Shown: positions 9,444-18,392, counted from the first letter of the stretch. The stretch: DNA of 64,000 bases from an uncultured Candidatus Saccharibacteria bacterium (GCA_964464735.1 CAYXKF010000002.1:3833-67832); one strand, 5' to 3'. Numbers and translations: made by a program. The notes: generated by a model from the sequence alone, not told the origin.

Positions 9444-9872
9444 TTAAATGGTGATCTCGCGTGATACGACTGATACCTTTACTGGAAGTTTTGCTCCTGC
9501 CTTGCGAAGTGCTTCACGTGCGATCGCTTCGGTAACGTTATCAACTTCAAACAACAATCGCCCTGGCTTTACTTCAAAGCAAAAACCTTTCGGGTCTCCT
9601 TTACCTGAACCCATGGGAGTTTCGGCACCCTTTTGGGTAACTGGTCGGTCAGGAAAGACGCGAATCCAGTAGGTTCCGTTTTTACCAAGAGTTCGAGAAA
9701 CAACCTTGCGGGCAGCTTCAATTTGGTTTGAGGTAATGCGTGAACCAGTTGTTGCTTTTAGACCAAACGAACCATACGAAAGTTTCATGCCGCGGGTTTC
9801 GACAGTTTTCTTTGACTCATTGCGTCGGGCAGATTGCCATTTTCGATGTTTTACCTTCTTTGGAAACAACAT
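9444..9872 (-). CDS. rplP: 50S ribosomal protein L16
   Basis: 'MLFPKKVKHRKWQ...' and full-length L16 similarity. Confidence 0.9.
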   Translation of the reverse strand: MLFPKKVKHRKWQSARRNESKKTVETRGMKLSYGSFGLKATTGSRITSNQIEAARKVVSRTLGKNGTYWIRVFPDRPVTQKGAETPMGSGKGDPKGFCFEVKPGRLLFEVDNVTEAIAREALRKAGAKLPVKVSVVSREITI

Positions 9873-9877
9873 AAGCC

Positions 9878-10552
9878 TTATTTATTGTTGCGCATCTCGT
9901 TTTCAAGCGAGTCGCCCTTGTAAATCCAAACCTTGATACCAATGTCGCCATAGGTCATGTGTGCCTTGTCAGTCGCGTAATCAATATCGGCGCGCATAAA
10001 CTGAAGCGGGATCCCGCCAAGCTTAAGCTCTTCTGAGCGTGCCATATCGGCACCGCCAAGACGACCAGTCATGTACAATTTAACACCCTTTACGCCACGA
10101 ACAGCCATAACTTTTTCGGCAGTCTGCTTCATCACAGGACGAAACGGCATGCGCTTTTCAAGAGCTTCAGCGATCATGTGCGCGACGATCTTTGCATTTG
10201 ATTCAGGTTCTGGAACATCAAGAATATCAATCTTAAGGTCTTGTGGAACTGGAATATCATGCTTCTTCATGAAAGCAAGGATGTCTTTTTTAAGTGCGTT
10301 TGCACCATCGCCACTGCGGCCAATGATCATACCTGGTCGAGAAGTCTTAATAAGGATACGTGTTGACTTTTGGTTGCGTTCGAATTCGATATCAGCAACA
10401 TAGTTTGCACGAAGCTTTTTTTCAAGGTATTCGCGCAATAAAACATCGCCTTTTAATAGGTCGTTGTACTTTTTACCTTTAGCAAACCATCGTGACTTCC
10501 AGTCGCGAAGGATGATAAGGCGTGCTGCATATGGATGGACAATCTTTGACAT
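9878..10552 (-). CDS. rpsC: 30S ribosomal protein S3
   Basis: KH-domain S3 similarity; 224 aa. Confidence 0.9.
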   Translation of the reverse strand: MSKIVHPYAARLIILRDWKSRWFAKGKKYNDLLKGDVLLREYLEKKLRANYVADIEFERNQKSTRILIKTSRPGMIIGRSGDGANALKKDILAFMKKHDIPVPQDLKIDILDVPEPESNAKIVAHMIAEALEKRMPFRPVMKQTAEKVMAVRGVKGVKLYMTGRLGGADMARSEELKLGGIPLQFMRADIDYATDKAHMTYGDIGIKVWIYKGDSLENEMRNNK

Positions 10553-10557
10553 AAAAA

Positions 10558-10992
10558 TTATTTAGCTGCTTTTTTAGTTCGCTTAGCAGGAGCCTTAGGG
10601 GCTGCCTCTTTTTTCGACGCGGTAACGGCTTTTACTGCCTTTGCCTTTGAAACCTTAGTGCCTTCGCGGACATCAGCAAGTACGACATGCACTTGCGCTG
10701 TTCGCTTGTTGATACGCGAAGCAGATCCGCGTGCGCGAGGCATAATGCGCTTCATGACAATTCCTTTGTTTACGGTAATTGACTTAACGACAAGCATATC
10801 AACTGGAACGCCTTGGTTATGCGAAGCATTTGCCGCAGCCGAATGAATCAGCTTGGCAATCGGATCGCTTGCACGCTTAACAGTAAAGCCTAATGCAATC
10901 AATGCATCAGGAACACGCTTACCCTTAACGGTATTTGCAACAACGCGGACTTTGCGTGGTGATTGTCGGTAGTTTTTAAGAAAAGCTTCCAT
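10558..10992 (-). CDS. rplV: 50S ribosomal protein L22 (with Lys/Ala-rich C-terminal tail)
   Basis: L22 core plus a 25-aa basic tail. Confidence 0.85.
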   Translation of the reverse strand: MEAFLKNYRQSPRKVRVVANTVKGKRVPDALIALGFTVKRASDPIAKLIHSAAANASHNQGVPVDMLVVKSITVNKGIVMKRIMPRARGSASRINKRTAQVHVVLADVREGTKVSKAKAVKAVTASKKEAAPKAPAKRTKKAAK

Positions 10993-11001
10993 ATATCAAT
11001 A

Positions 11002-11358
11002 TTATTTCTTAGCTGCGGCCTTAGGGTCGGCAGTTGCGGCTTTGGCAGCCTTAGCTGCTGCAATGTCAGCTTCCTTGGCTTTTTGGTCGATATCTTTTTG
11101 CATCTTACCTCCGTGTCGGTGGAAAGTCTTAGTTGGAGCGAATTCACCCAGGCGGTGACCGATCATGTCTTCGGTAACTAAAACAGGAATGTGCTTTTTA
11201 CCGTTATAAACGCCAAAAGTAAAACCAACCATTTCAGGGCTGATTTGGCACGCGCGGTACCACGTCTTAATAACCCCCGTTTCTTGAGGCTTTTTGCCGG
11301 CGATCTTCTTTAGAAGTCGGGCAAGAATGTATGGTCCTTTGTATAGTGAGCGTGTCAT
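11002..11358 (-). CDS. rpsS: 30S ribosomal protein S19 (with Lys/Ala-rich C-terminal extension)
   Basis: '[10 protein letters not shown]...[13 protein letters not shown]' S19 core; ATG at 11358 chosen. Confidence 0.85.
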   Translation of the reverse strand: MTRSLYKGPYILARLLKKIAGKKPQETGVIKTWYRACQISPEMVGFTFGVYNGKKHIPVLVTEDMIGHRLGEFAPTKTFHRHGGKMQKDIDQKAKEADIAAAKAAKAATADPKAAAKK

Positions 11359-11473
11359 ATCTTTTTGCAATAAAAAGAGCTCGGTAATGAGCTACGAGCG
11401 CTATACTATATCAACGACCCTTAAATGTCAAATACTGCTTAGTTTTCCGACGCTTGCCAAAAAAGCTTATATT

Positions 11474-12358
11474 TTACTTGCTACGTATGGCGTTTTTGCC
11501 ATCCAGGGCATATACGATGGTTCCGTCGGTTTGGGTCGAAATTGGCGTAATACCAAGTGCCTTCACAAAAGAGATAATTTCGGGTGCCGGATGATTATAT
11601 TTATTACCCCGCCCCGCCGACACAATGGCAACATCAGGCGACACTGCACGCAAAAACTCGACCGAACTGGATGTTTTTGACCCATGGTGGCCAAGTTTTA
11701 AAACATCAGCATCGACAACTGAAGGCTGGTACAGCGAAACTATTTGATGTTCATTTTGCCGCGACGCATCGCCGGTAAGCATGACTGAAGAATTACCATA
11801 CACCAGCTTTGCAACGATCGAATGCTCGTTGGTATCAGAAAATGCAGTGTCAATAAATGGATGCAGGATATCTAAATAAATTCCGCGCTGGTCATCAAGT
11901 ATCACGCGCATGCCCGCAAGCGCTTCAAGCTGTTCTTCAGTATCAAGTTCGGCAATTAAACTTGTCCAAGCACCCGAATCCCCTTTAATATTGCCTGGCT
12001 CCATAAAACGCTTGACCTTATAGTCGCGTAACACATCAACTAGGCCCGCGATATGATCACTATCAGGATGCGTTGCAATAACTAAATCGATCGAATGGTC
12101 AAAAAGCGGCATAGTGCCCCTCAGTCGTTGCAAGACCGATGCGTCAGGAACGCCATCAATTAAAATTTGCACTCCATTAGGTGCTTCGATAAATATTGCA
12201 TCGCCCTGCCCTATGTCAAAAAACGACACAGAGAGCATGTCGGATGAATTAAGTTTTTGATGCATACCAAAAGCAGCAATGCATGCGACTAGGGTAAAAA
12301 TAAAAAGAACAATCAGCGAACCGAACAGGACAAATGTTGTATTTATGACGCGAGCCAT
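11474..12358 (-). CDS. membrane-anchored MBL-fold metallo-hydrolase, ComEC C-terminal (beta-lactamase-like) domain homolog encoded as a stand-alone gene
   Basis: N-terminal TM anchor followed by the ComEC-type MBL motifs 'FFDIGQGDAIFIE', 'HPDSDHIAG' and 'LKLGHHGSKTSSS'. Confidence 0.7.
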   Translation of the reverse strand: MARVINTTFVLFGSLIVLFIFTLVACIAAFGMHQKLNSSDMLSVSFFDIGQGDAIFIEAPNGVQILIDGVPDASVLQRLRGTMPLFDHSIDLVIATHPDSDHIAGLVDVLRDYKVKRFMEPGNIKGDSGAWTSLIAELDTEEQLEALAGMRVILDDQRGIYLDILHPFIDTAFSDTNEHSIVAKLVYGNSSVMLTGDASRQNEHQIVSLYQPSVVDADVLKLGHHGSKTSSSVEFLRAVSPDVAIVSAGRGNKYNHPAPEIISFVKALGITPISTQTDGTIVYALDGKNAIRSK

Positions 12359-12918
12359 TCTTTGTATGCGGTGATAATTTTCTCTACGACCGTATCAAGA
12401 TTGTTTTCAGAAAGACCGGTATCAATCACAAGATCATATTGCGAAATGTCGCTCATATCGACATCATATAGATTCTTATACCGCTGCGTATCACGCTCAA
12501 GACGGCTGATTATTTTTGCCTTCAATTCTTGAGGAGTCTCGATACGATCTTCACTTTGCGAACGCAGTGGGTCGTTTTTCATACTTTCAAGAATACGTCC
12601 AACTGCAATATTAGGATCAAGATCAAGATATACCTTAAACGAATCAGGAATCCAAAAAAAGCCCAAACGCGAATCAAGTACTAACTTTTCTTCGTTGCCA
12701 CAATCACGAACCATCTGGTCGGTCTCGCGATCAGCCTCGGGGTGCGTTTCGGCGTAGACCATATATTCGGCAATTCCCATATTATGGCGCAATGCTCCGG
12801 CGCGCTGAAAGTCTCCAGATGATTTGTGAGTATATCCAAGCAGTGCAGCAATACGTTTTCCGGCACTACTTTTGCCGCTTCCATTCTTGCCATTGATGGT
12901 AATAATGGTTTTTTTCAT
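12343..12918 (-). CDS. cmk: cytidylate (CMP/dCMP) kinase, short archaeal-like type
   Basis: P-loop 'ITINGKNGSGKSS' and NMP-kinase architecture; 191 aa; overlaps the next gene by 16 nt. Confidence 0.65.
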   Translation of the reverse strand: MKKTIITINGKNGSGKSSAGKRIAALLGYTHKSSGDFQRAGALRHNMGIAEYMVYAETHPEADRETDQMVRDCGNEEKLVLDSRLGFFWIPDSFKVYLDLDPNIAVGRILESMKNDPLRSQSEDRIETPQELKAKIISRLERDTQRYKNLYDVDMSDISQYDLVIDTGLSENNLDTVVEKIITAYKEWLAS

Positions 12919-13089
12919 ATGGCGCGAGTATACCGTATTTTGTGATACAATGCATTATTATCCATTTATTTCATATATTGGTATTACTATTTTGAGAAGT
13001 TTTCAGCTGGTAACAGGTTGTCACTTAGCAAAACTCAAAAGTTATGTTCTGAAAACTGCGAGAAATAGTAATGCAAACTCAACACCATT

Positions 13090-13671
13090 ATGATAACCGA
13101 AAAAACATTTTCATTCCCTTCCGACCTAAAAGGCATCTCACAAGAAACCATGGCCGAGCATCTAAAGCTCTATGCTGGTTATGTAAAACACGCAAATTTA
13201 GCATTGGCGCATATTGAAGAATTAAGTAAAGATGTTGAAAAAAATACCTACGAAATTGGCGAACTGTCACGCCGCTTTAGTTTTGAATACAATGGCATCA
13301 AGAACCACGAATATTATTTTGAGCAGCTTGAAAACGGTGCACACCCACTTACTACTGGCAGCGCACTTGAAATAAAGATCAATAACCAGTGGGGATCCTT
13401 CGACCAATGGCTTACCGCATTTAAACTTTTGACAAAAACCCGCGGTATCGGCTGGGCAGTTTTGTATTACGATAGAGACCGCGACATGCTTTTTAACGTC
13501 TGGGTCGACGAACAGCATCTGGGTCACCTAAATAGTTGCCAATTTATTTTTGGTATCGATATGTGGGAACATTCGTACGTAAAAGATTACCTTCCCAGCG
13601 GCAAGGCAAAATATATTGATGAATACATCGAACAAGTAAATTGGGGTGTTGTTGAAAAACGAATGGCGTAA
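13090..13671 (+). CDS. Fe/Mn superoxide dismutase family protein (divergent)
   Basis: The C-terminal 'GIDMWEHSYVKDY' matches the SOD 'D-x-WEH-x-Y-Y' metal-ligand motif, and the mid-protein 'NHEYYF' matches the 'NH-x-F/Y-W' His ligand motif. The N-terminal His pair is only partly conserved. Confidence 0.55.
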   Translation: MITEKTFSFPSDLKGISQETMAEHLKLYAGYVKHANLALAHIEELSKDVEKNTYEIGELSRRFSFEYNGIKNHEYYFEQLENGAHPLTTGSALEIKINNQWGSFDQWLTAFKLLTKTRGIGWAVLYYDRDRDMLFNVWVDEQHLGHLNSCQFIFGIDMWEHSYVKDYLPSGKAKYIDEYIEQVNWGVVEKRMA

Positions 13672-13672
13672 C

Positions 13673-13703
13673 AAAAAAGCCGGACCTATGGTCCGGCTTT
13701 TTT
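13673..13703. terminator. bidirectional rho-independent terminator between convergent genes
   Basis: aaaaaa-gccggacc-tat-ggtccggc-tttttt; overlaps the stop codon of the minus-strand gene. Confidence 0.7.
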
Positions 13704-14496
13704 AATGCTCATGCGGTGGACGCGTATGGCGCTTGACCCACATTGCCAAATGAATGACATAGATCGAAAGGAATATCAGTGCGACCGTAAGGACAATAAT
13801 TGCAATCAGCGCGAACTTGGTAAACGATATCAGCATCGCCATTTGCGTTACCAACTGCTGGAATGCCAGTTCAGTCGGTGTTGGGCCTTGTGGTATTTGT
13901 ACGACGGGGACAGTAAAGACACCTTCGCTCTCGGTTACAACCGGCTTTGTTTCTTCAACCGGTGTCGGCTTAGATGGCACAATAACCGCAGGCTTTAATG
14001 TGTAAGTTCCGGTACCATAGGTGCGCAATACATCGCTTCCGGTTCCATCGTTTGCCAATACTGCACCGCTCGTGAACGCCAATTCGGCAGTTCCTGTTTT
14101 TTTAACCCTAAAGGTAACTTTAAAAAGTTCGCCGCTGTTTCCCTGAAAACCACCAATTGCTACTCCTTCAAAGTTAATGACACCGTCAGACGTACGCACT
14201 GTTGGGCCCGCCGCGCCGGGTGGAAGCCACTGGTCGATGATCGAATTTGATTTTGATGACGAGACATATTCAAGCATCTCGCGCGGATAACGGATCGTGC
14301 CTGAAAAGGCATTTACTGACGCATCAGTACTTGAAGTAACAACCGAGACCGTAAACGTCTTTCCTACCTCGAAACTTCCTGATGACGGCGAAAAACCAAG
14401 CGATGCCGCAAAGGCGCTGCCTGGAAACAACAACACCGCTGCAACAAATCCAGCTGCGATTACTGACGATGAAAGAATGTTACGAAAGATTTTCAT
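13702..14496 (-). CDS. cohesin-like domain surface protein with signal peptide and C-terminal TM anchor
   Basis: Signal peptide (..GSAFA-ASL). A ~140-aa region follows the cohesin beta-sandwich spacing pattern (G.F.VG.TFTV.V....VNA..G.I.YP.E.LE ... GELFKVTFRVKKTGTAELAF). A Pro/Thr linker and C-terminal TM with a basic tail complete the protein. Confidence 0.55.
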   Translation of the reverse strand: MKIFRNILSSSVIAAGFVAAVLLFPGSAFAASLGFSPSSGSFEVGKTFTVSVVTSSTDASVNAFSGTIRYPREMLEYVSSSKSNSIIDQWLPPGAAGPTVRTSDGVINFEGVAIGGFQGNSGELFKVTFRVKKTGTAELAFTSGAVLANDGTGSDVLRTYGTGTYTLKPAVIVPSKPTPVEETKPVVTESEGVFTVPVVQIPQGPTPTELAFQQLVTQMAMLISFTKFALIAIIVLTVALIFLSIYVIHLAMWVKRHTRPPHEH

Positions 14497-15394
14497 GACG
14501 CTTCAGTGCTTTTCGTATTATCGCATAGGCGAACACGATTGCAACGGTAGCGAGCAACGCGATAACCGCAAACGATCGAATGCGAATTGCATTTGGAAGT
14601 TTGGTTTTAGTAACGGTCTGATTACCCGCTTGGTCGACTGCTTTTACCAACACCGAAAATGCACTATATGGCTGACGAAGTTTGTATGGACTTGTTGCGA
14701 CACGCCACGTAAGCAGATTTTCTTTTACTTCGAAGTGTTCGATGCCCGAACCCTGATCAGAGGCGTCAAACAAAACCGTAAGATGCCCATCAAAAAGATT
14801 TTCATCTTGCACTATGATCGGCATCATCATAACTGGCTGCACAGTATCATTGATTGCATATTCTTTAGGCACCAACTTTGCATCTGCGCGTATCGGAAAT
14901 GCAGCCATGCGCACAGTGGCAGCACTTCCAGCACCATCGTGCACCAACAACTGTGCATCCTTGATTTCAATCATTCCCGCGCCGGCGTTGGTTGCCTTAA
15001 GGATAAGCCGAACTACACGGCCCGGAAGAATATTTTTTGGCGACCGCGGATCAATGAGACCCGAAAACCCGCCAGGGACAATGCCTGAAAGCCTTACTGC
15101 ATTTCCCGACACACTGGCGCGTGAAATCCATGTAGGAACAATCGAATCATTATCAAGCGACCGTACAAAAGTAAAATTCTGAGGGATCGAAACTGCAAGC
15201 GAAATTGCATTAATATTTTGATTTTCAGGATCAAGCATGACATCAACAGCGAACTCTTGGCCAATGTGCACAGCTTGGGTATTTGACTGCAAAAAAAGTT
15301 CGGCCGCATGCACCCCCGGTGCTGCGAAAAACAGCGCAGCAATAACAAGCGTCATAAAAATGTATGCAGAAATTTTTATAAGGGTATGATTCAT
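14480..15394 (-). CDS. cohesin-like domain surface protein with signal anchor and C-terminal TM anchor
   Basis: After 'MNHTLIKISAYIFMTLVIAALFFAAPGVHA' the region 'HIGQEFAVDVMLDP..NINAISLAVSIP..FTFV ... GRVVRLILKATNAGAGMIEIKDAQLL' is cohesin-like. There is a C-terminal TM and KRHENLS tail. ATG at 15394 chosen over the longer ORF. Confidence 0.5.
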   Translation of the reverse strand: MNHTLIKISAYIFMTLVIAALFFAAPGVHAAELFLQSNTQAVHIGQEFAVDVMLDPENQNINAISLAVSIPQNFTFVRSLDNDSIVPTWISRASVSGNAVRLSGIVPGGFSGLIDPRSPKNILPGRVVRLILKATNAGAGMIEIKDAQLLVHDGAGSAATVRMAAFPIRADAKLVPKEYAINDTVQPVMMMPIIVQDENLFDGHLTVLFDASDQGSGIEHFEVKENLLTWRVATSPYKLRQPYSAFSVLVKAVDQAGNQTVTKTKLPNAIRIRSFAVIALLATVAIVFAYAIIRKALKRHENLS

Positions 15395-15398
15395 ATAA

Positions 15399-16298
15399 TT
15401 ATCCGGTCCAATAATATGCAAGGATCGAGAAATCAACCAGCGAAACACTGCCATTGTGATTAAGGTCGATATGCGCCGGCACACCTGGTTTATTGTACCA
15501 AAATGCCATGATTGAAAAATCGACAATATTCACCCTCCCGTCGCAATTAAGGTCGCCAACAAGCGCGGCGCATGAATCAAGAGGGAGTGTTTCGGTTCCT
15601 ACATTAAATTGTACGATTTTTCCGTACGGGCTTACCTCAGCCGGCAGTACCGTTTTTGATTTCGTCTCGTGTCCACCCACCTCAAGCGGTGAAGTATCAA
15701 GCGTCAGCAAATAAGCACCTGACGTGTCGGTAGGGACCGAATGGAATGTCTCGATGGCCGAATGCACCGAGATCACGACGCTTTGGTTCGGGACGCTTTG
15801 ACCAAAAATAGTCAGGTTATCGCCTTGTTTGACCGTCGACTTATCAACTGCAATGGTTGGCGATAAAAATATCCCCGAAACGTCGGTGGTAACATTACTG
15901 GTTACCATGATCGAGAATGAGATACTTTCAGAATTGCGACCATTGGCATCAGTACTGTATACCGAAAAATTGTAATTATGTTCGGATAAATCAGAAAGCG
16001 TCACGTCAAAATGCGCATCGGGTCCACTAATTGTGGTAATTGCAACTTGACCGTTTTTTAAGATGCTTACTTTTGAAAAAGGATACGCACGGCCAGAAAA
16101 ATTCACGCTGGCGTTCCCACCCGAACCTTGGCCCGCACCTCCCCCTCCTCCTCCGCCACCGCCCCCACCTCCGGATCCAGGGCTATTTACCTGCGCAGAA
16201 ATTGAAAGGTTTTGCAAATCAGTAATGGCCAAGGTGCCGTGTGCGTACACGAAAGTGCCTATCACCAGAAGCGTAGTAAGAAAAAATACCGGCTTCAT
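15399..16298 (-). CDS. secreted protein with 14-residue poly-Gly tract, Ig-like middle region and C-terminal type-I dockerin domain
   Basis: Signal peptide. G14 is encoded by a (GGN)14 repeat. The C-terminus has two canonical Ca-binding dockerin loops, 'DLNCDGRVNIVD' and 'DLNHNGSVSLVD', each followed by 'FSI.A..W'. Confidence 0.7.
   Translation of the reverse strand: MKPVFFLTTLLVIGTFVYAHGTLAITDLQNLSISAQVNSPGSGGGGGGGGGGGGAGQGSGGNASVNFSGRAYPFSKVSILKNGQVAITTISGPDAHFDVTLSDLSEHNYNFSVYSTDANGRNSESISFSIMVTSNVTTDVSGIFLSPTIAVDKSTVKQGDNLTIFGQSVPNQSVVISVHSAIETFHSVPTDTSGAYLLTLDTSPLEVGGHETKSKTVLPAEVSPYGKIVQFNVGTETLPLDSCAALVGDLNCDGRVNIVDFSIMAFWYNKPGVPAHIDLNHNGSVSLVDFSILAYYWTG
16140..16185. repeat. simple sequence repeat (GGN)14 / C-rich homopolymeric tract inside the dockerin-protein gene
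   Basis: cctccccctcctcctccgccaccgcccccacctcc on the plus strand. Confidence 0.8.
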
Positions 16299-16307
16299 AA
16301 TAGTGCC

Positions 16308-17327
16308 TTACACTTGAGGCGGAAGATCGCCCGACTGCATCAAAGATTGTCGTGCCTGATTGATCACCCAGCGATTATAACGCCTAATGAGTGTTCGCAA
16401 GATCGTAAACAAAAGAACGATTGCAATAATAAGCACAAGCAATAATTGCCATGGGAAAACATACACCGCGGTATGTGCGGTCAGTTCACCCTGCACTTCG
16501 CTATACGTTACCAAAAGTTTTGCGCTATATCGCCCAAATGCAAAATGCTTCCACTGGTAGCCAACCGTGTTAAAAAATCCGGTAGTTGATGCTTCGCGTG
16601 CATGCTTTTTGCTATCCCATGCAACTTCAAATTTGCGAATGGTGCCAAGCGGCAACACATTTCCTTGTCCTGGGTTTGCATCAAGTTTTTGCGAAGTGAT
16701 GCCAATCATATTTTTTACGGTAATTGTCCCAGTTGGGCTTATGCGGTCACTTCCGCCATTTTGGAAACGGTAGGTAAAGTTAACTGGAAGCGAAGTGTAC
16801 AAACGCTTTTCAGGTTTAAAATCAAGCAGCGATGCACCTTCGGCAATCTCGCCATTAACGCGAAGCAGCACCAGCGTACCTACTTTATAGCCAATCGAAA
16901 CTTGTCCATTATTTTGCGCTTCTGGCGCAGTCGTGCTTAAAAAAACGCCGGCGAAGTATCCTCCAGCACGCGCGTCGGCCGGTACTGGAATCACGATGCG
17001 CACCACTTGCTGCTCGCCCGCGGCAAGCGAAATACTGGTCGGTGCTTGGATCCACGATGCAAGGCCGGTCGTACTTTCGACAAAGTTTGGAGTGCCCGAT
17101 TCGCCCTGCGCCTCAAAGTTCGCCGTTGAAAAATAAAATGTCGCCGGAGCATCTTGGTCGTTGTATATCAACATGTCCCCTGTCACCACAGTGCCTGGGT
17201 CGCCAGCGACCTCGATCTTGCTTGATGTCGTTAATGCCTTAGCCGCGTACGGAAAAAATACGCACAGCATAAGCAAAGCGACAAGAATAGTTATTGCGTA
17301 TCGATATCGATAAGTCATGCTAAGCAT
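16308..17327 (-). CDS. cell-surface protein with signal peptide and C-terminal TM anchor plus basic tail (CscA/DUF916-like topology)
   Basis: N-terminal hydrophobic signal, a ~270-aa extracytoplasmic region, then a TM 'WQLLLVLIIAIVLLFTIL' followed by RTLIRRYNRW. The topology matches the membrane-anchoring partner of WxL-type surface complexes. Confidence 0.4.
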   Translation of the reverse strand: MLSMTYRYRYAITILVALLMLCVFFPYAAKALTTSSKIEVAGDPGTVVTGDMLIYNDQDAPATFYFSTANFEAQGESGTPNFVESTTGLASWIQAPTSISLAAGEQQVVRIVIPVPADARAGGYFAGVFLSTTAPEAQNNGQVSIGYKVGTLVLLRVNGEIAEGASLLDFKPEKRLYTSLPVNFTYRFQNGGSDRISPTGTITVKNMIGITSQKLDANPGQGNVLPLGTIRKFEVAWDSKKHAREASTTGFFNTVGYQWKHFAFGRYSAKLLVTYSEVQGELTAHTAVYVFPWQLLLVLIIAIVLLFTILRTLIRRYNRWVINQARQSLMQSGDLPPQV

Positions 17328-17336
17328 GGAATGCTA

Positions 17337-18392
17337 TTAAAAGTTTGCCGTCGCGACGTACGTAAGGGCTGCGGTATAACTTCCGGCTTCGGTCGTTGGT
17401 GCAATATTGGCAATATAGTGAAGCGAATAAGTTGACGTACCGGTTGCACTTGAACCGGTTGCAAACGTTGCTGCAGTGCTGGCATTGGCATCATAACCAA
17501 AGGCTGGTGTCGCGTTGTCAGAATAGGTTGCATCAATTGAGGCACCGGTACCACCTGATACCGTCGCATAAATACCAAATTGTTCGCTGCCTGTTGTTGA
17601 AGCCGCAGGGGTTGAACCGTTAGCAGTAATGGTATTAAGCCCCGAGGTAAGCGTCGCGCCTTGGACAGTAATAGTATATCCCGAAGCACCGTTGGTTGCT
17701 ACGCCAAGGGTATGTGCAACAGTATCTGAACCGGTACCATTAGTGTCGCCTGTCGCATAGCGCGCAGCAGATGTTGAAAGCGTACCAAACCCAATCGAGT
17801 TATCCGAAATAGTAAATGTCAGTGTTTGTCCAACCGTTGCCGAAACCGCAACCACGTCATCGTCGACAATTGTTGTTGTGATTGTTCCAGAATCAGCAAA
17901 CGTACCGCCGCCAATGGTCACCGTATAACTTCCGGCAGTCGTTGGATTAGTAATTTGCTGGTCGCCAGTTGCGCCTTGCGTTGCATTAGTACCAATTTTA
18001 ATGCGCACCACCGAACCAGCGGCAATCGCGACGTTGCCGTTAGTAAACGTAATGACCGTCGATGATGTGCGCACTACACCCCATGTTGCACCCGACGGCG
18101 ACGCAGCAAGCGCCAACTGTACGCCATCATCAAGCAAATCAATATCAGTATCATCAAGTGCTCCGGGGATCGAATAGTCTGACTGAAAAGTAAGCACCAT
18201 GGTTTGCCCCGACGTAAGGCCGGTTGGTGTCGTAAAGGTAATATCGTGGTCTGAAAGCGTATTTTTTTTAACTGTTGACATCGTATCAGAAAGCGATGTT
18301 AGCGAAGCTGCGCTTACAAACGAAAACGGATACAACAAAATACTTGCAAAGATTGCAACTGCCGAGATTTTTTTAAACATGGTGTAGATCAT
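17337..18392 (-). CDS. secreted Thr/Gly/Ser-rich surface protein sharing a ~170-aa C-terminal domain with the adjacent giant protein
   Basis: Signal peptide. The C-terminal 'TLTFTISDNSIGFGTLS...SGYTITVQGATLTSG.NTI...GSEQFG...IANIAPTTEAGSYTA.LTYV.TANF' is nearly collinear with the last 170 aa of ORF 18487..24681. Confidence 0.6.
   Translation of the reverse strand: MIYTMFKKISAVAIFASILLYPFSFVSAASLTSLSDTMSTVKKNTLSDHDITFTTPTGLTSGQTMVLTFQSDYSIPGALDDTDIDLLDDGVQLALAASPSGATWGVVRTSSTVITFTNGNVAIAAGSVVRIKIGTNATQGATGDQQITNPTTAGSYTVTIGGGTFADSGTITTTIVDDDVVAVSATVGQTLTFTISDNSIGFGTLSTSAARYATGDTNGTGSDTVAHTLGVATNGASGYTITVQGATLTSGLNTITANGSTPAASTTGSEQFGIYATVSGGTGASIDATYSDNATPAFGYDANASTAATFATGSSATGTSTYSLHYIANIAPTTEAGSYTAALTYVATANF

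Noticed and set aside
14297-15088. 263-aa plus-strand ORF
   Set aside because: It is antisense to two adjacent cohesin-like genes and spans their junction. It has no signal or motif and is rich in Cys/Arg/His.
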